DNA from: a virus
Virus record (IMG/VR): IMGVR_UViG_3300044653_000098
Coordinates: 1-64,000 of that record
Direction: 5' to 3' (one strand)
DNA: 64,000 nucleotides
Part shown: in pieces, positions 44,673 through 53,235 of the stretch
Layout of the letters: every line of letters begins with the position of its first letter
Numbering within the stretch: the first letter of the stretch is position 1
Made by a program: the position numbers and the translations under genes
Notes under the pieces: generated by a model
The model's input: only the letters and a program-made list of their open reading frames with translations
Databases searched by the model: none
What the model was told of the DNA's origin: nothing

Positions 44673-46238
44673 ATGGCGCTCAACCAGGTTGTCCTGACGC
44701 TTGACGTTTACAACGGCGCGGGCAGCCTCGTTCAGGAGGGCTCTGCCTTCCTCACGCCGTCGAGTCCGCTGACCGACCCCACCGACCATCTCTACATCTG
44801 GCAGACGCCGATCTCTGTCTCCCTGGTGCCCCCGGAGGGCGCCGCGGAGGACTGGATGCCGACGGTCACGCTCTACAGCTGCGATAGCTCCAATCTCAGC
44901 CCGGGCGGATGGGCGTGGCAGATCAGTTTCCAGGCGCCCGGTGCGCCTCCTGGGTTCAATTTCTTCCTGAACTACTCCAACGGCGCTGACCAGTATCTGG
45001 ACGATCAGACCCCTGTCTACAGTGTGACTACGATGCAGGGGTACCTGCAGTACCCGACGGGCACGCCGTCCAACGGCAACGTCCCTACCTACGAGAGCGG
45101 CGCGATCCAGTGGGGCTCGGGCGGTGGTGGCGGGGGCATGTCGAACCCGATGACCACGCTCGGGGACATCATCGCCGGCGGGGCTTCCGGCTCTCCTGCC
45201 CGTGTGGCCGGGCCGACCGCGTCTGAGGGCGTGCTGACCAGCACACCGTCCGGCGGCGTGGCCCAGGACCCGGTCTGGACCACCCTGCAGGCCCTGCAGA
45301 ACGCGCAGGCCGGCGGCGTCACCTCCGGTGACTACCTGCGGGGCAACGGCACGAACATCCTTCTGGCCGCGCTGCAGGCTGCCGATCTGACCGGAACGGT
45401 CAGCGCTGCCCAGGGCGGCACCGGGCAGACCAGCTTGCAGGCAGCGATCAACTCCCTGGCCGGCGGTGTCACCAGCGGGGATTACCTGCGCGGGAACGGG
45501 ACTAATATCCTGCTCTCCGCGATCCAGGCAGCTGACCTGCCCACCGGCACCACCTCGGCCAAAGGCGCGCTGCAGCTCGATGGCACAGCCATCGACATCC
45601 AGCCTTTTGGCTTGGTGCCCGCGGCCGGCGGGAACGGCCTGTCCGCCGACTCCGGTCATGTCCACCCGCTGCCCGACGTCTTCTACGGCAACATGGGCTC
45701 GGTCCTGGCCTGGAACTACCCGCCGTCCCAGATCAGCACCTCCAGCGCGACCGGGGGCACACCGGGCACCAACGCGACGGTCTACTTCCTGCAGATACCG
45801 GTGGCCTATGCGAAGACCATCACTGACCTGAACTTCGGCATCGTCACCGCGGCGACAGGCACGATTACGCACGCCTATGCCGGGCTGGTGAACTCCTCCG
45901 GGCTCGTCGTGGCGGAGTCGGCGGACCGTGCCTCCGACGCCGCGCTCACCACGTCCTCGTCGCTGTGGAGCCCGCCGCTGTCCTCGACCTATGCGGCGGC
46001 GGCCGGAACCTATTATGCGTTCCTGTGGATCCTGATGGCCGGCGGTGGCTCCCCGCCCGCCATCGCCCGGTGCGCGGCCAACGGCGGCGTCACGACCCTG
46101 CTGAACCTGGGCACAGTCTCGGGTTCCTACCGGTTCAGCCAGCTCGCCAGCCAGACCGCGATCCAGACCGTCGGCAACAGCTACACGCTGACGTCGAATG
46201 CTATCTCCAGCTTCTCTGCCTGGTGCGCGCTGACGTGA
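44673..46238 (+). CDS. second tail fibre
   Basis: N-terminal ~130 aa paralogous to 41119; duplicated 'GGVTSGDYLRGNGTNILL.A.QAADL'. Confidence 0.75.
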   Translation: MALNQVVLTLDVYNGAGSLVQEGSAFLTPSSPLTDPTDHLYIWQTPISVSLVPPEGAAEDWMPTVTLYSCDSSNLSPGGWAWQISFQAPGAPPGFNFFLNYSNGADQYLDDQTPVYSVTTMQGYLQYPTGTPSNGNVPTYESGAIQWGSGGGGGGMSNPMTTLGDIIAGGASGSPARVAGPTASEGVLTSTPSGGVAQDPVWTTLQALQNAQAGGVTSGDYLRGNGTNILLAALQAADLTGTVSAAQGGTGQTSLQAAINSLAGGVTSGDYLRGNGTNILLSAIQAADLPTGTTSAKGALQLDGTAIDIQPFGLVPAAGGNGLSADSGHVHPLPDVFYGNMGSVLAWNYPPSQISTSSATGGTPGTNATVYFLQIPVAYAKTITDLNFGIVTAATGTITHAYAGLVNSSGLVVAESADRASDAALTTSSSLWSPPLSSTYAAAAGTYYAFLWILMAGGGSPPAIARCAANGGVTTLLNLGTVSGSYRFSQLASQTAIQTVGNSYTLTSNAISSFSAWCALT

Positions 46239-46303
46239 GGTGCTGAACCTGCTGTAGCATTTTCATTGCGGGTTGCTATCCCAGGTTCACCCGTATAGAA
46301 GGT

Positions 46304-46813
46304 ATGCGCACTGACGACACAGATCCCGTGATGAAGCAGGCCCTCGATGCGGCCAAGACCCAGCTGAGGCAGCAGGTCCGCATCCGCGCTGCTGCGGAAA
46401 CCCGTATCGGGCAGCTTCAGGCTACGGTCGCCTCGCTGACCGCCGCGGTGCACGGCCAGAGGCCGCCGGGAACCGGGGAAGTGATCAAGGGGTTCCTGGA
46501 CCGCCTGCAGCCGGGAGAGGATATCGACGTTGCCGAGCTGGTCAGGTACGGGCGGTCCGTGAACTGGGTCTCGACCTCCCCGGAGGAGCGCACGGCGCTG
46601 ATCGGCCGGCTGTCCCGGTGGGCTCTGGAGGGCCGCGTTGCCCGGGCTGATAGCCACCGGGCCGGCCGGTACCGGAAGCTGACCGAGGAGGAGCAGGCTG
46701 CCTACGAGGCCGCGGAGGAGGAGCGCCTGCGGAACATGCCCGTGGTCACCCGCACCCGCGGCTCCCAGGGACGGCCGGGAGGCCGGTATCCCAGTAGACA
46801 CGTGTCAACCTGA
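46304..46813 (+). CDS. hypothetical protein (coiled coil + possible wHTH)
   Basis: 169 aa; its last codons overlap dyad copy 2. Confidence 0.55.
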   Translation: MRTDDTDPVMKQALDAAKTQLRQQVRIRAAAETRIGQLQATVASLTAAVHGQRPPGTGEVIKGFLDRLQPGEDIDVAELVRYGRSVNWVSTSPEERTALIGRLSRWALEGRVARADSHRAGRYRKLTEEEQAAYEAAEEERLRNMPVVTRTRGSQGRPGGRYPSRHVST

Positions 46814-46824
46814 TCCGCTAGAGT
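46793..46824 (+). promoter_or_regulatory. dyad copy 2; rightward promoter using the TAGACA arm
   Basis: AGTAGACACGTGTCAACC; TAGACA-18-TAGAGT; ATG 7 nt later (leaderless). Confidence 0.7.
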
Positions 46825-46831
46825 TCTCCCC

Positions 46832-47107
46832 ATGATGAATCTTCCGGTAGACGAGTTCTGCGATGGTTGCGGCCAGCCGGCTGGCCTGTGCGGTGGCGAG
46901 TGCAGCCCTGACCTCATCGAGTACACCCCCATAATCCGGTATGCCGACGAGGTTCTGCATCTGGTCAATACCGAAGGCCGGCCGGTGCTGCTCGATCGCC
47001 ATCCGTCCCCGCACGTGCGCGTGCCGGTCGGGCTCTTCGAGATCACCCGCCACGGGCCCAGGGTCCGCCGGACCCCGGTGCAGCCGCGGGAATGGTGGGA
47101 GGACTAG
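46832..47107 (+). CDS. CxxC hypothetical protein
   Basis: First ORF after the promoter. Confidence 0.55.
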   Translation: MMNLPVDEFCDGCGQPAGLCGGECSPDLIEYTPIIRYADEVLHLVNTEGRPVLLDRHPSPHVRVPVGLFEITRHGPRVRRTPVQPREWWED

Positions 47108-47438
47108 CACGCTACCCTGATCAGCTCCAGGTGGTCAGTCGGCGTTTCCTGTAATCCTCCCCACGCGCTCAGCCGTCCACCTTTCATCAGCATGCGCGCG
47201 TGGAGGTGGGGAGTGGTTGCCCGGTCCGTCCGCAAGATCGTCAAGACCCAGCGTGAGCTGAGGGAGGAATGCCTCGGCGCCGGGCACTGGGTCATCGAAG
47301 GTTACGACGTGCACCGGGCGACCGGCTCTGGCTCGGTGAAGCGGTGGCTCATAAACGATCCCCGCGGTAACAGGGTCGGCCAGCCGGCCACACTTGGACA
47401 GGCACGGCAAATGATCAGAGATCTGCTAGGGGAGTTAC

Positions 47439-47744
47439 GTGGTGTGGGCAGCGCTGACCATCTACAGCCTCATCGGCGGCACGATGGTGTTCTTTGTGTG
47501 GGCAGGGCTCACCGGCCAGCTGCCGTACCTGTTCGGCGCCAGCCCTGAACGCAGAGAGCAGCGCCGCCGCTACCGGCAGGTGATGCGCTGCCGCACCGTC
47601 CGGGCCCAGTCGGCCATGCTCCAGGAGGCGTGCCCGGAAGAGCACGGCAACGGCCATGTGGTGCTGTGGGCCGATCACAAGCCCTCCGCGGTCCGGCTCG
47701 ACCTGCTGTGGGGCCTGTTCACCTTCACCCGCGATCCAAGTTGA
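47439..47744 (+). CDS. membrane protein
   Basis: SD GGAG; N-terminal TM. Confidence 0.5.
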   Translation: MVWAALTIYSLIGGTMVFFVWAGLTGQLPYLFGASPERREQRRRYRQVMRCRTVRAQSAMLQEACPEEHGNGHVVLWADHKPSAVRLDLLWGLFTFTRDPS

Positions 47745-47770
47745 CACGTGTCTACCAGCTTCGGTAGTCT
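47739..47770 (+). promoter_or_regulatory. dyad/promoter copy 3
   Basis: AGTTGACACGTGTCTACC; TTGACA-18-TAGTCT. Confidence 0.8.
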
Positions 47771-47813
47771 GGTGCCCTGTTAAGAATCTGCTGGACGGTC
47801 TTTGGAGGGCGCC

Positions 47814-48092
47814 ATGCCACGTTGGCCAGACGATCCAACTGCGACACGTCCTCCCGGCATGTACCGCGATCCTGGGGAGCGGCGCGTGAGCGTTGCGCAG
47901 GCCAGGATCGCGCTGGCCCTGGAGAACCTTCAGGCCGAGCATGGCCTGACGACTATCGAGATGCTCCAGGCGATCACCTCCTGGCAGCAGACCGCCATCA
48001 AGTTCATGCTGCGGGCCGAGCGCGGGGCTCCGGGTGAGCCCGCGGAGGATCGTCTTATCGATCCTGAAGACGCCGTGAGCCCAGGGCTGTGA
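47814..48092 (+). CDS. hypothetical protein
   Basis: SD GGAGG. Confidence 0.6.
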   Translation: MPRWPDDPTATRPPGMYRDPGERRVSVAQARIALALENLQAEHGLTTIEMLQAITSWQQTAIKFMLRAERGAPGEPAEDRLIDPEDAVSPGL

Positions 48093-48274
48093 ACGGCCAC
48101 TGCCGGCAGCCGGAGTGCACGGCCACCTACGGCGCGCATAAGTGGGGCAAGATCCGGGCTCACAGTGAGGGCTGGTTCTTTCCCGATGACGCCGAGCCCG
48201 GTGGCTGGTGCCCGGATCACCTGCCCGAGTGGGTGCCGGACTGGCGCGCTCGCAAGTCGGCGGCCCGCGGATGA
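48089..48274 (+). CDS. small Cys/Trp-rich protein
   Basis: GTGA overlap; 'C...C...GW......WCPDH'. Confidence 0.55.
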   Translation: MNGHCRQPECTATYGAHKWGKIRAHSEGWFFPDDAEPGGWCPDHLPEWVPDWRARKSAARG

Positions 48275-48534
48275 ACCGGGTCCAGCTTGATCAGCAGGCT
48301 GAGCTTCTGGCCGAGGAGCTGTGGCGTGAGCTTGCCGGGCAGACGATGAAGAAATGGATGCTGCTCACGGGTGAGATGGTCGCTACCCCGGAGTGGGAGG
48401 CGTTCCGGGCCAAGGTCTTCGTCAGAGTAGAGAGCAGGATGAACAACTGGCTGCCCGCCGTCGAGGAGCTGCCCAATGGCCAGGCGCTGTCTGAGCCGGT
48501 CCCAGAGCGCCGCAGGCGCCGGGGGCGGATGTGA
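48271..48534 (+). CDS. hypothetical protein
   Basis: ATGA overlap. Confidence 0.55.
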   Translation: MNRVQLDQQAELLAEELWRELAGQTMKKWMLLTGEMVATPEWEAFRAKVFVRVESRMNNWLPAVEELPNGQALSEPVPERRRRRGRM

Positions 48535-48713
48535 CTAAGAGAGGCGCGTTCCCTGCGGGTAAGCACCAGGCTGCGCTCCGGCAGTCGGGGCGGTTCGTTG
48601 AGCACCCGGAAGACTGTGACTGCCGTCGGTGCAGGCGTCTGCGCAAGGCGTTCCTCCGGCGCTCTACGCCCCCCACAGACCCTCTGGGGCGCCCGATCGG
48701 CGGCCCTAGGTGA
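48531..48713 (+). CDS. small basic Cys-containing protein
   Basis: GTGA overlaps at both ends; 'HPEDCDCRRC'. Confidence 0.5.
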   Translation: MTKRGAFPAGKHQAALRQSGRFVEHPEDCDCRRCRRLRKAFLRRSTPPTDPLGRPIGGPR

Positions 48714-49030
48714 GCGTCTACCTCATCCACTTCGCCCGCCCGTTTGGCCCTGAGGGCGCCCCAGCGGGCAGCACGGCCCAGCACTACATCGGCAGCTCGC
48801 CCGAGTACCGGCTGAAGGCTCGCCTCCGCGAGGAGCTGACCGGCTGCGCGGCCGCCGCACGGCTCATGCAGCATGTGGTCGCCGCGGGTATCGCCTGTGA
48901 GGTCGTGCGGACATGGCCGGGCGGCCGCAAGCGGGAGCGCCAGCTCAAGACTCAGGGCAGCGCCCGCCGGCTGTGCCCGGCGTGCGGGGTCAGGCCCGGC
49001 AAGGGCTGGACAGTCAGGAGCGTGAAATGA
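48710..49030 (+). CDS. GIY-YIG-like endonuclease
   Basis: 'VYLIHF...HYIGS...ARL....G...ERQLK......CPAC'. Confidence 0.7.
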   Translation: MSVYLIHFARPFGPEGAPAGSTAQHYIGSSPEYRLKARLREELTGCAAAARLMQHVVAAGIACEVVRTWPGGRKRERQLKTQGSARRLCPACGVRPGKGWTVRSVK

Positions 49031-49167
49031 TCACTGTTCTCGTGGCGTGCGCGCTCGGGCTGGTCCTTGCCGGAGGCATCTTCTGGTTTGCGTGGTGGAC
49101 GACTAAGCCGCTCCGGGGCTACATGGTTACCCGCGGCTGGCCGGCCAACCGGGTGCGCCGCCCGTGA
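49027..49167 (+). CDS. small membrane protein
   Basis: SD AGGAG; N-terminal TM. Confidence 0.5.
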   Translation: MITVLVACALGLVLAGGIFWFAWWTTKPLRGYMVTRGWPANRVRRP

Positions 49168-49424
49168 GGTTCCTCGACACCAGCTGGCACGAGCGGGCCA
49201 AGTGCAAGGATGCTGACCCCAACCTGTTCTTCACCAAGGCGGGCCAGCACGCGGACGAGGCCAAGGCTCTGTGCGATGGCTGCCCGGTCAGGGAGCAGTG
49301 CCTGGAGGAAGCTCTGGGGATGTCTGCCACGTGTGACTTCGGGATCAGGGGCGGGCTGTCGCAGAAAGAGCGTCAGGCGATAAGAAAGGCCCGGCGCACG
49401 GCCGAGACCAGACTCTCAGCTTAA
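49164..49424 (+). CDS. whiB: WhiB-family transcription factor
   Basis: 'W...AKC...DP.LFF...AKALCDGCPVREQCL..AL.....FGIRGGLS..ER' with four Cys and a G(I/V)xGG turn (Arg in place of the usual Trp). Confidence 0.9.
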   Translation: MRFLDTSWHERAKCKDADPNLFFTKAGQHADEAKALCDGCPVREQCLEEALGMSATCDFGIRGGLSQKERQAIRKARRTAETRLSA

Positions 49425-49608
49425 CACTCAGGCAAGCGCAGGTCAGGGGCATAAATCTGTGGCCCGCCCGGCATAGCGCCCAAGCGGGCCACGAGTTTAG
49501 CGTGTGTGCTGTAGTCGATGGTGGCTGGGATCTGGTGCAGTTCCCACGTCGGTGCAGCCGAGGAGGTGAGTCAGGCGGGCAGTTTGGCCGCTGCCCGCCT
49601 GGCAAGCC

Positions 49609-50034
49609 CTACCAGATCTCCGGACCGGCCGGTGTCGCGGTCACCGTGATGAGCGCCATGTACTTCCCCTCCGAGACGTTCACGGTTCGCTTAATCGTGT
49701 AGTCGGTCGGGTAGCTCAGCTCGACCCCGGTGCCAAAGATCTCGAACGCCTGCTTGTGGGCGTAAGCCTGGATCGCCTCGTTGTCGTCCCCGTAGGCCCG
49801 GATCTCGGCGGAAGGGGCTAGGCGCTCGCGTGCCCGCACGTCCACCCGGGCGATGAAGCCCTGGCTGCGGTCCTCTCTGGAGACCGGGTTGGCTGAGTAG
49901 CCGGCGATCTCCAGCACCGTGCCGTGGCCGAAGAACTCCAGCGCCTCGTCCAGCGCGGCGTTCTCGATCTCGTGCGCTCCGGGTCCGCGGATGATGGTTT
50001 GGTAGATGCGCTCGTCCTTGGTGTCGTCGTTCAT
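49609..50034 (-). CDS. hypothetical protein (internal duplication)
   Basis: SD AGGAGGT; two 'A.E.FG.G..L' repeats. Confidence 0.6.
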   Translation of the reverse strand: MNDDTKDERIYQTIIRGPGAHEIENAALDEALEFFGHGTVLEIAGYSANPVSREDRSQGFIARVDVRARERLAPSAEIRAYGDDNEAIQAYAHKQAFEIFGTGVELSYPTDYTIKRTVNVSEGKYMALITVTATPAGPEIW

Positions 50035-50046
50035 GGGCGGTACCTC

Positions 50047-50661
50047 CTAGGTGGGCCGGAGCGGGTTCAGCTCGTCTTCCAGTCGGCCGACGAGCTTGTG
50101 CAGCTCGTCCAGCGTGAAACTCATCCGGTCGTCGTGGCGGTAGTCCCTCAGCACTTCGATGCCCAGCACTTCCAGGCGGGCTGAGAGGTCGTCGCGCTGG
50201 AGCTGGAGCCGGTTGCGTGCCGCGGTGGCTTCCTCCCGCTGGCGCCGGTCGTTGTCTTCCTGCCGGGCCATCTGCTGCATCACCTCGTCGTAGAGCCCGG
50301 TGACCGAGGCCATGCGGGTCAGCAGGGTGAGGTAGATCCCGGCGTCAGCGTGCTGCTGTGCCAGCCCCGTGGTGACCGCGGTCGGCTTGATCCTCATCAT
50401 CGTGGCGATCTGGTCCGGCAGGGCGTTCTGGCGCCCGATCAGCACCGGGTAGCCGACCGCGGGGGAGTAGGTGGGCCGCCCGGCTGCCGGCTTGGTGTAG
50501 CCTGCGTCGCCGGCCACCAGATATGCGGGATCGGAGGGCAGGTCGCCGCGCCATCTCTGGCGGTAGAGCGTGCTGGACAGAAACACCAGCGGCTGTGGGT
50601 GATTCCACGACCGGTTCTGGTATGCGTAGACGATGCCTAGTTTGATGTCCTGTTTCCTCAT
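50047..50661 (-). CDS. hypothetical protein
   Basis: SD GGAGG; C-terminal coiled coil. Confidence 0.6.
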   Translation of the reverse strand: MRKQDIKLGIVYAYQNRSWNHPQPLVFLSSTLYRQRWRGDLPSDPAYLVAGDAGYTKPAAGRPTYSPAVGYPVLIGRQNALPDQIATMMRIKPTAVTTGLAQQHADAGIYLTLLTRMASVTGLYDEVMQQMARQEDNDRRQREEATAARNRLQLQRDDLSARLEVLGIEVLRDYRHDDRMSFTLDELHKLVGRLEDELNPLRPT

Positions 50662-51108
50662 CTATGCCTCCTCCTGGAGCTTGGCCAGCCCGGCGTCGGT
50701 GAGCCCGTACTGGAGCCGGTGCATTGTGGGTGTTCCGAAAGACCGCACCGTGCTGTCGAGCAGGCCGAGGCGCACCAGCCTCTGGGCCAAGCCCGCCATT
50801 CTGGCCGGGGTGCCCTCCAGCGCTTCCGCGAGCATGACGTGTGTGGTGGCACCCTCGTGCACGGCGTTGAGCACCCACCACAGGTTGTCGGCCATCCGCC
50901 TGCCCCATCTCACGTGCAGCAGCGCTGCGCAGATGTCGCGCTGGTCTGTGCGAGCCTGCTCCAGCACCTGCTGCAGTGTGTCGATGTTCCGGATCTTGAT
51001 CATCCCGATCTCGCCGGCCGCGAGGATCCACACACCGCCCTGGTCGTCCACACCGATTTGTGCTTCCGACTCGGGTACGTCGTAGAGGATCTTCATGCCC
51101 TGGTCCAT
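50662..51108 (-). CDS. protein with C-terminal MarR-like winged helix
   Basis: 'LAEALE.TP..MAG..QRLVRLGLL...YGLTDAG...L'. Confidence 0.6.
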   Translation of the reverse strand: MDQGMKILYDVPESEAQIGVDDQGGVWILAAGEIGMIKIRNIDTLQQVLEQARTDQRDICAALLHVRWGRRMADNLWWVLNAVHEGATTHVMLAEALEGTPARMAGLAQRLVRLGLLDSTVRSFGTPTMHRLQYGLTDAGLAKLQEEA

Positions 51109-51113
51109 AGTGA

Positions 51114-51461
51114 TCAGCTCCTGCTTCGTTCGATCGCGTCCGCGGCAAGTTCCATGATCCAGTCGGGGGCCGGGATGCCATAGAGAGACTTAGTGCTTGG
51201 GCTGTAGCTGAGGGACATCCACTGCTCGATCGGCCTGCCGGTGCCCCAGCGGCCCTTCACGGCTACGCGGGTGATGTCTGGCTTTTCTCCCACCTTGTAG
51301 CGCACGGCAACCCGCACCTGAGTGACCACGATCTCCGAGGTCTTCCGCTTGGCCCCTTCCGGGTAGCGGTGGACAAGGATCGTCGGCCAGCCCATGCGGC
51401 GTGGTCGTGCCCACACGTACTGGTCATCGTGGTAGCGGGTGAGGTCCGGCTCATTACCCAT
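51114..51461 (-). CDS. hypothetical protein
   Basis: ATG preceded by a degenerate leader 'GCCAAAGAACGGAGCC'. Confidence 0.55.
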   Translation of the reverse strand: MGNEPDLTRYHDDQYVWARPRRMGWPTILVHRYPEGAKRKTSEIVVTQVRVAVRYKVGEKPDITRVAVKGRWGTGRPIEQWMSLSYSPSTKSLYGIPAPDWIMELAADAIERSRS

Positions 51462-51493
51462 ATCCTGGCTCCGTTCTTTGGCCAACTGCTCAT

Positions 51494-51539
51494 ACATTAG
51501 CACGTCTGGTTGACACGTGTCTACCGACTCTGCTAGGTT
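51494..51539. promoter_or_regulatory. dyad copy 4 (51508-51525); bidirectional promoter
   Basis: Rightward TTGACA-18-TAGGTT; leftward TAGACA-18-TAATGT; flanked by divergent genes. Confidence 0.75.
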
Positions 51540-51574
51540 TCTCTCATGACCACAGCCCAGTAAACGGAGGCCAG

Positions 51575-52516
51575 ATGGAAACCTACACGTTCGCCGACCC
51601 TGAGCTGTCCCCTCTGCCCATGAAGTGGGTCTGGGACGGTTACATCCCGCGGTACTGCATGACGGAGGGGTACGGCGAGGGCGGGACGATGAAGGGCCTC
51701 GGCATTCAGAGCATCATCGCCCTGATCACCCTCGGTGCGGACATGCCGGACGGCAGCCTCAACGGGTTCGGTGGTCCGCGCACCGTGATCAGCATCACGG
51801 GCGAGGATCTGCTGCGGCAGGGCATGGCCTGGCGCTACCGCGCGGCCGGCGCCGACACCCGCAATATCGTGGATCTCAGCAAGGACGAGAACGGCCGGCC
51901 CTTCAAGCTGAACGACGCGGGGCTCGCGCGCATCCGCGAGGAGATCGCCAAGATCAACTCTCACGAGGGCAAGTACCGGCATATGCCGGACTACGGCTTC
52001 CTGTACCTCGACCCCATGATGAGCATCGCGCCCCGCAGCGTCACCCAGAACACCACGTTCCGTGCGGTGCTGCTCGAACCTCTCGACGCGCTGTGCGCCG
52101 AGGAGGAGCTTGGCAAGGACGGCACGGGCTGCTTCCTCATGAACCACTCGACCAAGGACAAGAAGGTCGTGGCCGGCTCGGCCGCCGCAGTGCAGGGCCC
52201 GCGCATGGTTCTCGGGTTCCGCCAGAGCGACCGCAACCCGCTGTGGCGTGAGCTGTACCGGTACAAGACCAATATCACCGAGAACACCCCGGCTCCCGTG
52301 CCGTACATGGGGGAGGGCAAGGACACCAGTATCCGCGTGCGGTGGATGACGGACTCCTGGGAGCAGCGCCGCAGCGGGTCCGGTGTCCTGAGCCGGTACG
52401 GCTCGCGCGCCTCGGAGGCCATGGCTCCCGCGCCAGTCCCGGCCCCGTACGCGGCGCCCGTTCCGCAGCCGGCCAGCGTTGGCGAGATGTGGAAGAATCT
52501 CCAGTCCAGCATGTGA
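51575..52516 (+). CDS. AAA_25/RepA-like (RecA-fold) ATPase/helicase domain protein
   Basis: 'KWVWDGYIP', Walker A-like 'GEGGTMKG', 'ITGED', Walker B 'LYLDP', 'NHSTK', 'AGSAA...PR'. Confidence 0.7.
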   Translation: METYTFADPELSPLPMKWVWDGYIPRYCMTEGYGEGGTMKGLGIQSIIALITLGADMPDGSLNGFGGPRTVISITGEDLLRQGMAWRYRAAGADTRNIVDLSKDENGRPFKLNDAGLARIREEIAKINSHEGKYRHMPDYGFLYLDPMMSIAPRSVTQNTTFRAVLLEPLDALCAEEELGKDGTGCFLMNHSTKDKKVVAGSAAAVQGPRMVLGFRQSDRNPLWRELYRYKTNITENTPAPVPYMGEGKDTSIRVRWMTDSWEQRRSGSGVLSRYGSRASEAMAPAPVPAPYAAPVPQPASVGEMWKNLQSSM

Positions 52517-52536
52517 TGTAGCCGCGGAGGCAGTCA

Positions 52537-52811
52537 TGGAACGCATGGAGCTTGCCGACGCACGGTCCGGGCCCGCCCTGCAGGAGGCTGTGCGTCTTGC
52601 GCGCGACAAGCAGCGCACGACCGAGATCATCGAGGATGGCATGGTGATTGCGGTCATCAGTCCCGCGCAGAGCGCGGAGCCGGGCCACGCTGCCCGCGGC
52701 CAGGCACCGGATGAGATCGAGCAGGGCATTGCCTCAGCCTCCCGGCTGAGCGCTGAGCTTGGCCTGGAGCTGACCCGTGTCCGCGATCTCGTTGCACAGC
52801 AGAGAGGGTAG
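52537..52811 (+). CDS. hypothetical protein (N-terminus resembles Phd/YefM antitoxin DNA-binding strand pattern)
   Basis: SD GGAGG; 'MELADAR...L...V.......TEII..G...AVI.P'. Confidence 0.45.
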
Positions 52812-52818
52812 CTCACCT

Positions 52819-52876
52819 GGTTGACACGTGTCTACCGCACCATTAATATAGATCTATCAGCCCAGCAAACGGAGGC
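52819..52876 (+). promoter_or_regulatory. dyad/promoter copy 5 + conserved leader
   Basis: TTGACA-17-TAATAT; AGCCCAGCAAACGGAGGC at 52859. Confidence 0.8.
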
Positions 52877-52880
52877 GATT

Positions 52881-53229
52881 ATGTGGAGACAGCGTAAGCC
52901 TGAGACCCAGCGCCAGCCGCATCCCGACCCGTCTATTGAGGTCGAGCTGCAGCGGATCATCTCGCTTCAGCGCGCGGCAGCCCGCAAAGAGACTGAGCTG
53001 GATCAGCTCCAGGAGCTTACCGGCAGGCTGCGGAAGGCTATGCAGGCCGAGGCTAGTGCTGTTACCAGCAACGGAGAGCGCCGCAAGCAGATCGACCGGG
53101 CATGTCGGCCGGACCGGTGAGCTGGAGGCGGAGGTCGTTCGGCTCCATGACGAGATAGCCAACCGCCTCACTCCTATGCGCGAGGAAGACCGCGCGTACC
53201 TGTACGACTCCACCAAACAGAGAGGATGA
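52881..53229 (+). pseudogene. coiled-coil protein apparently split by a 1-nt insertion near 53109
   Basis: Frame 1 stops at 53120; the helical 'RTGELEAEVVRLHDEIANRL' continues in the +1 frame to 53229. Confidence 0.45.
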
Positions 53230-53235
53230 TGCGCC

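Noticed and set aside
45308-45540. DGR template/variable repeat pair in the fibre gene
   Set aside because: Differences are mostly synonymous and not adenine-specific, both copies are in frame within one gene, and no reverse transcriptase is in the window
51508-51525. The 18-bp dyad as a parS site (shared CACGTG centre)
   Set aside because: Arms are GTTGA/TCTAC rather than the parS TGTTT/AAACA; only the site at 6959 fits parS
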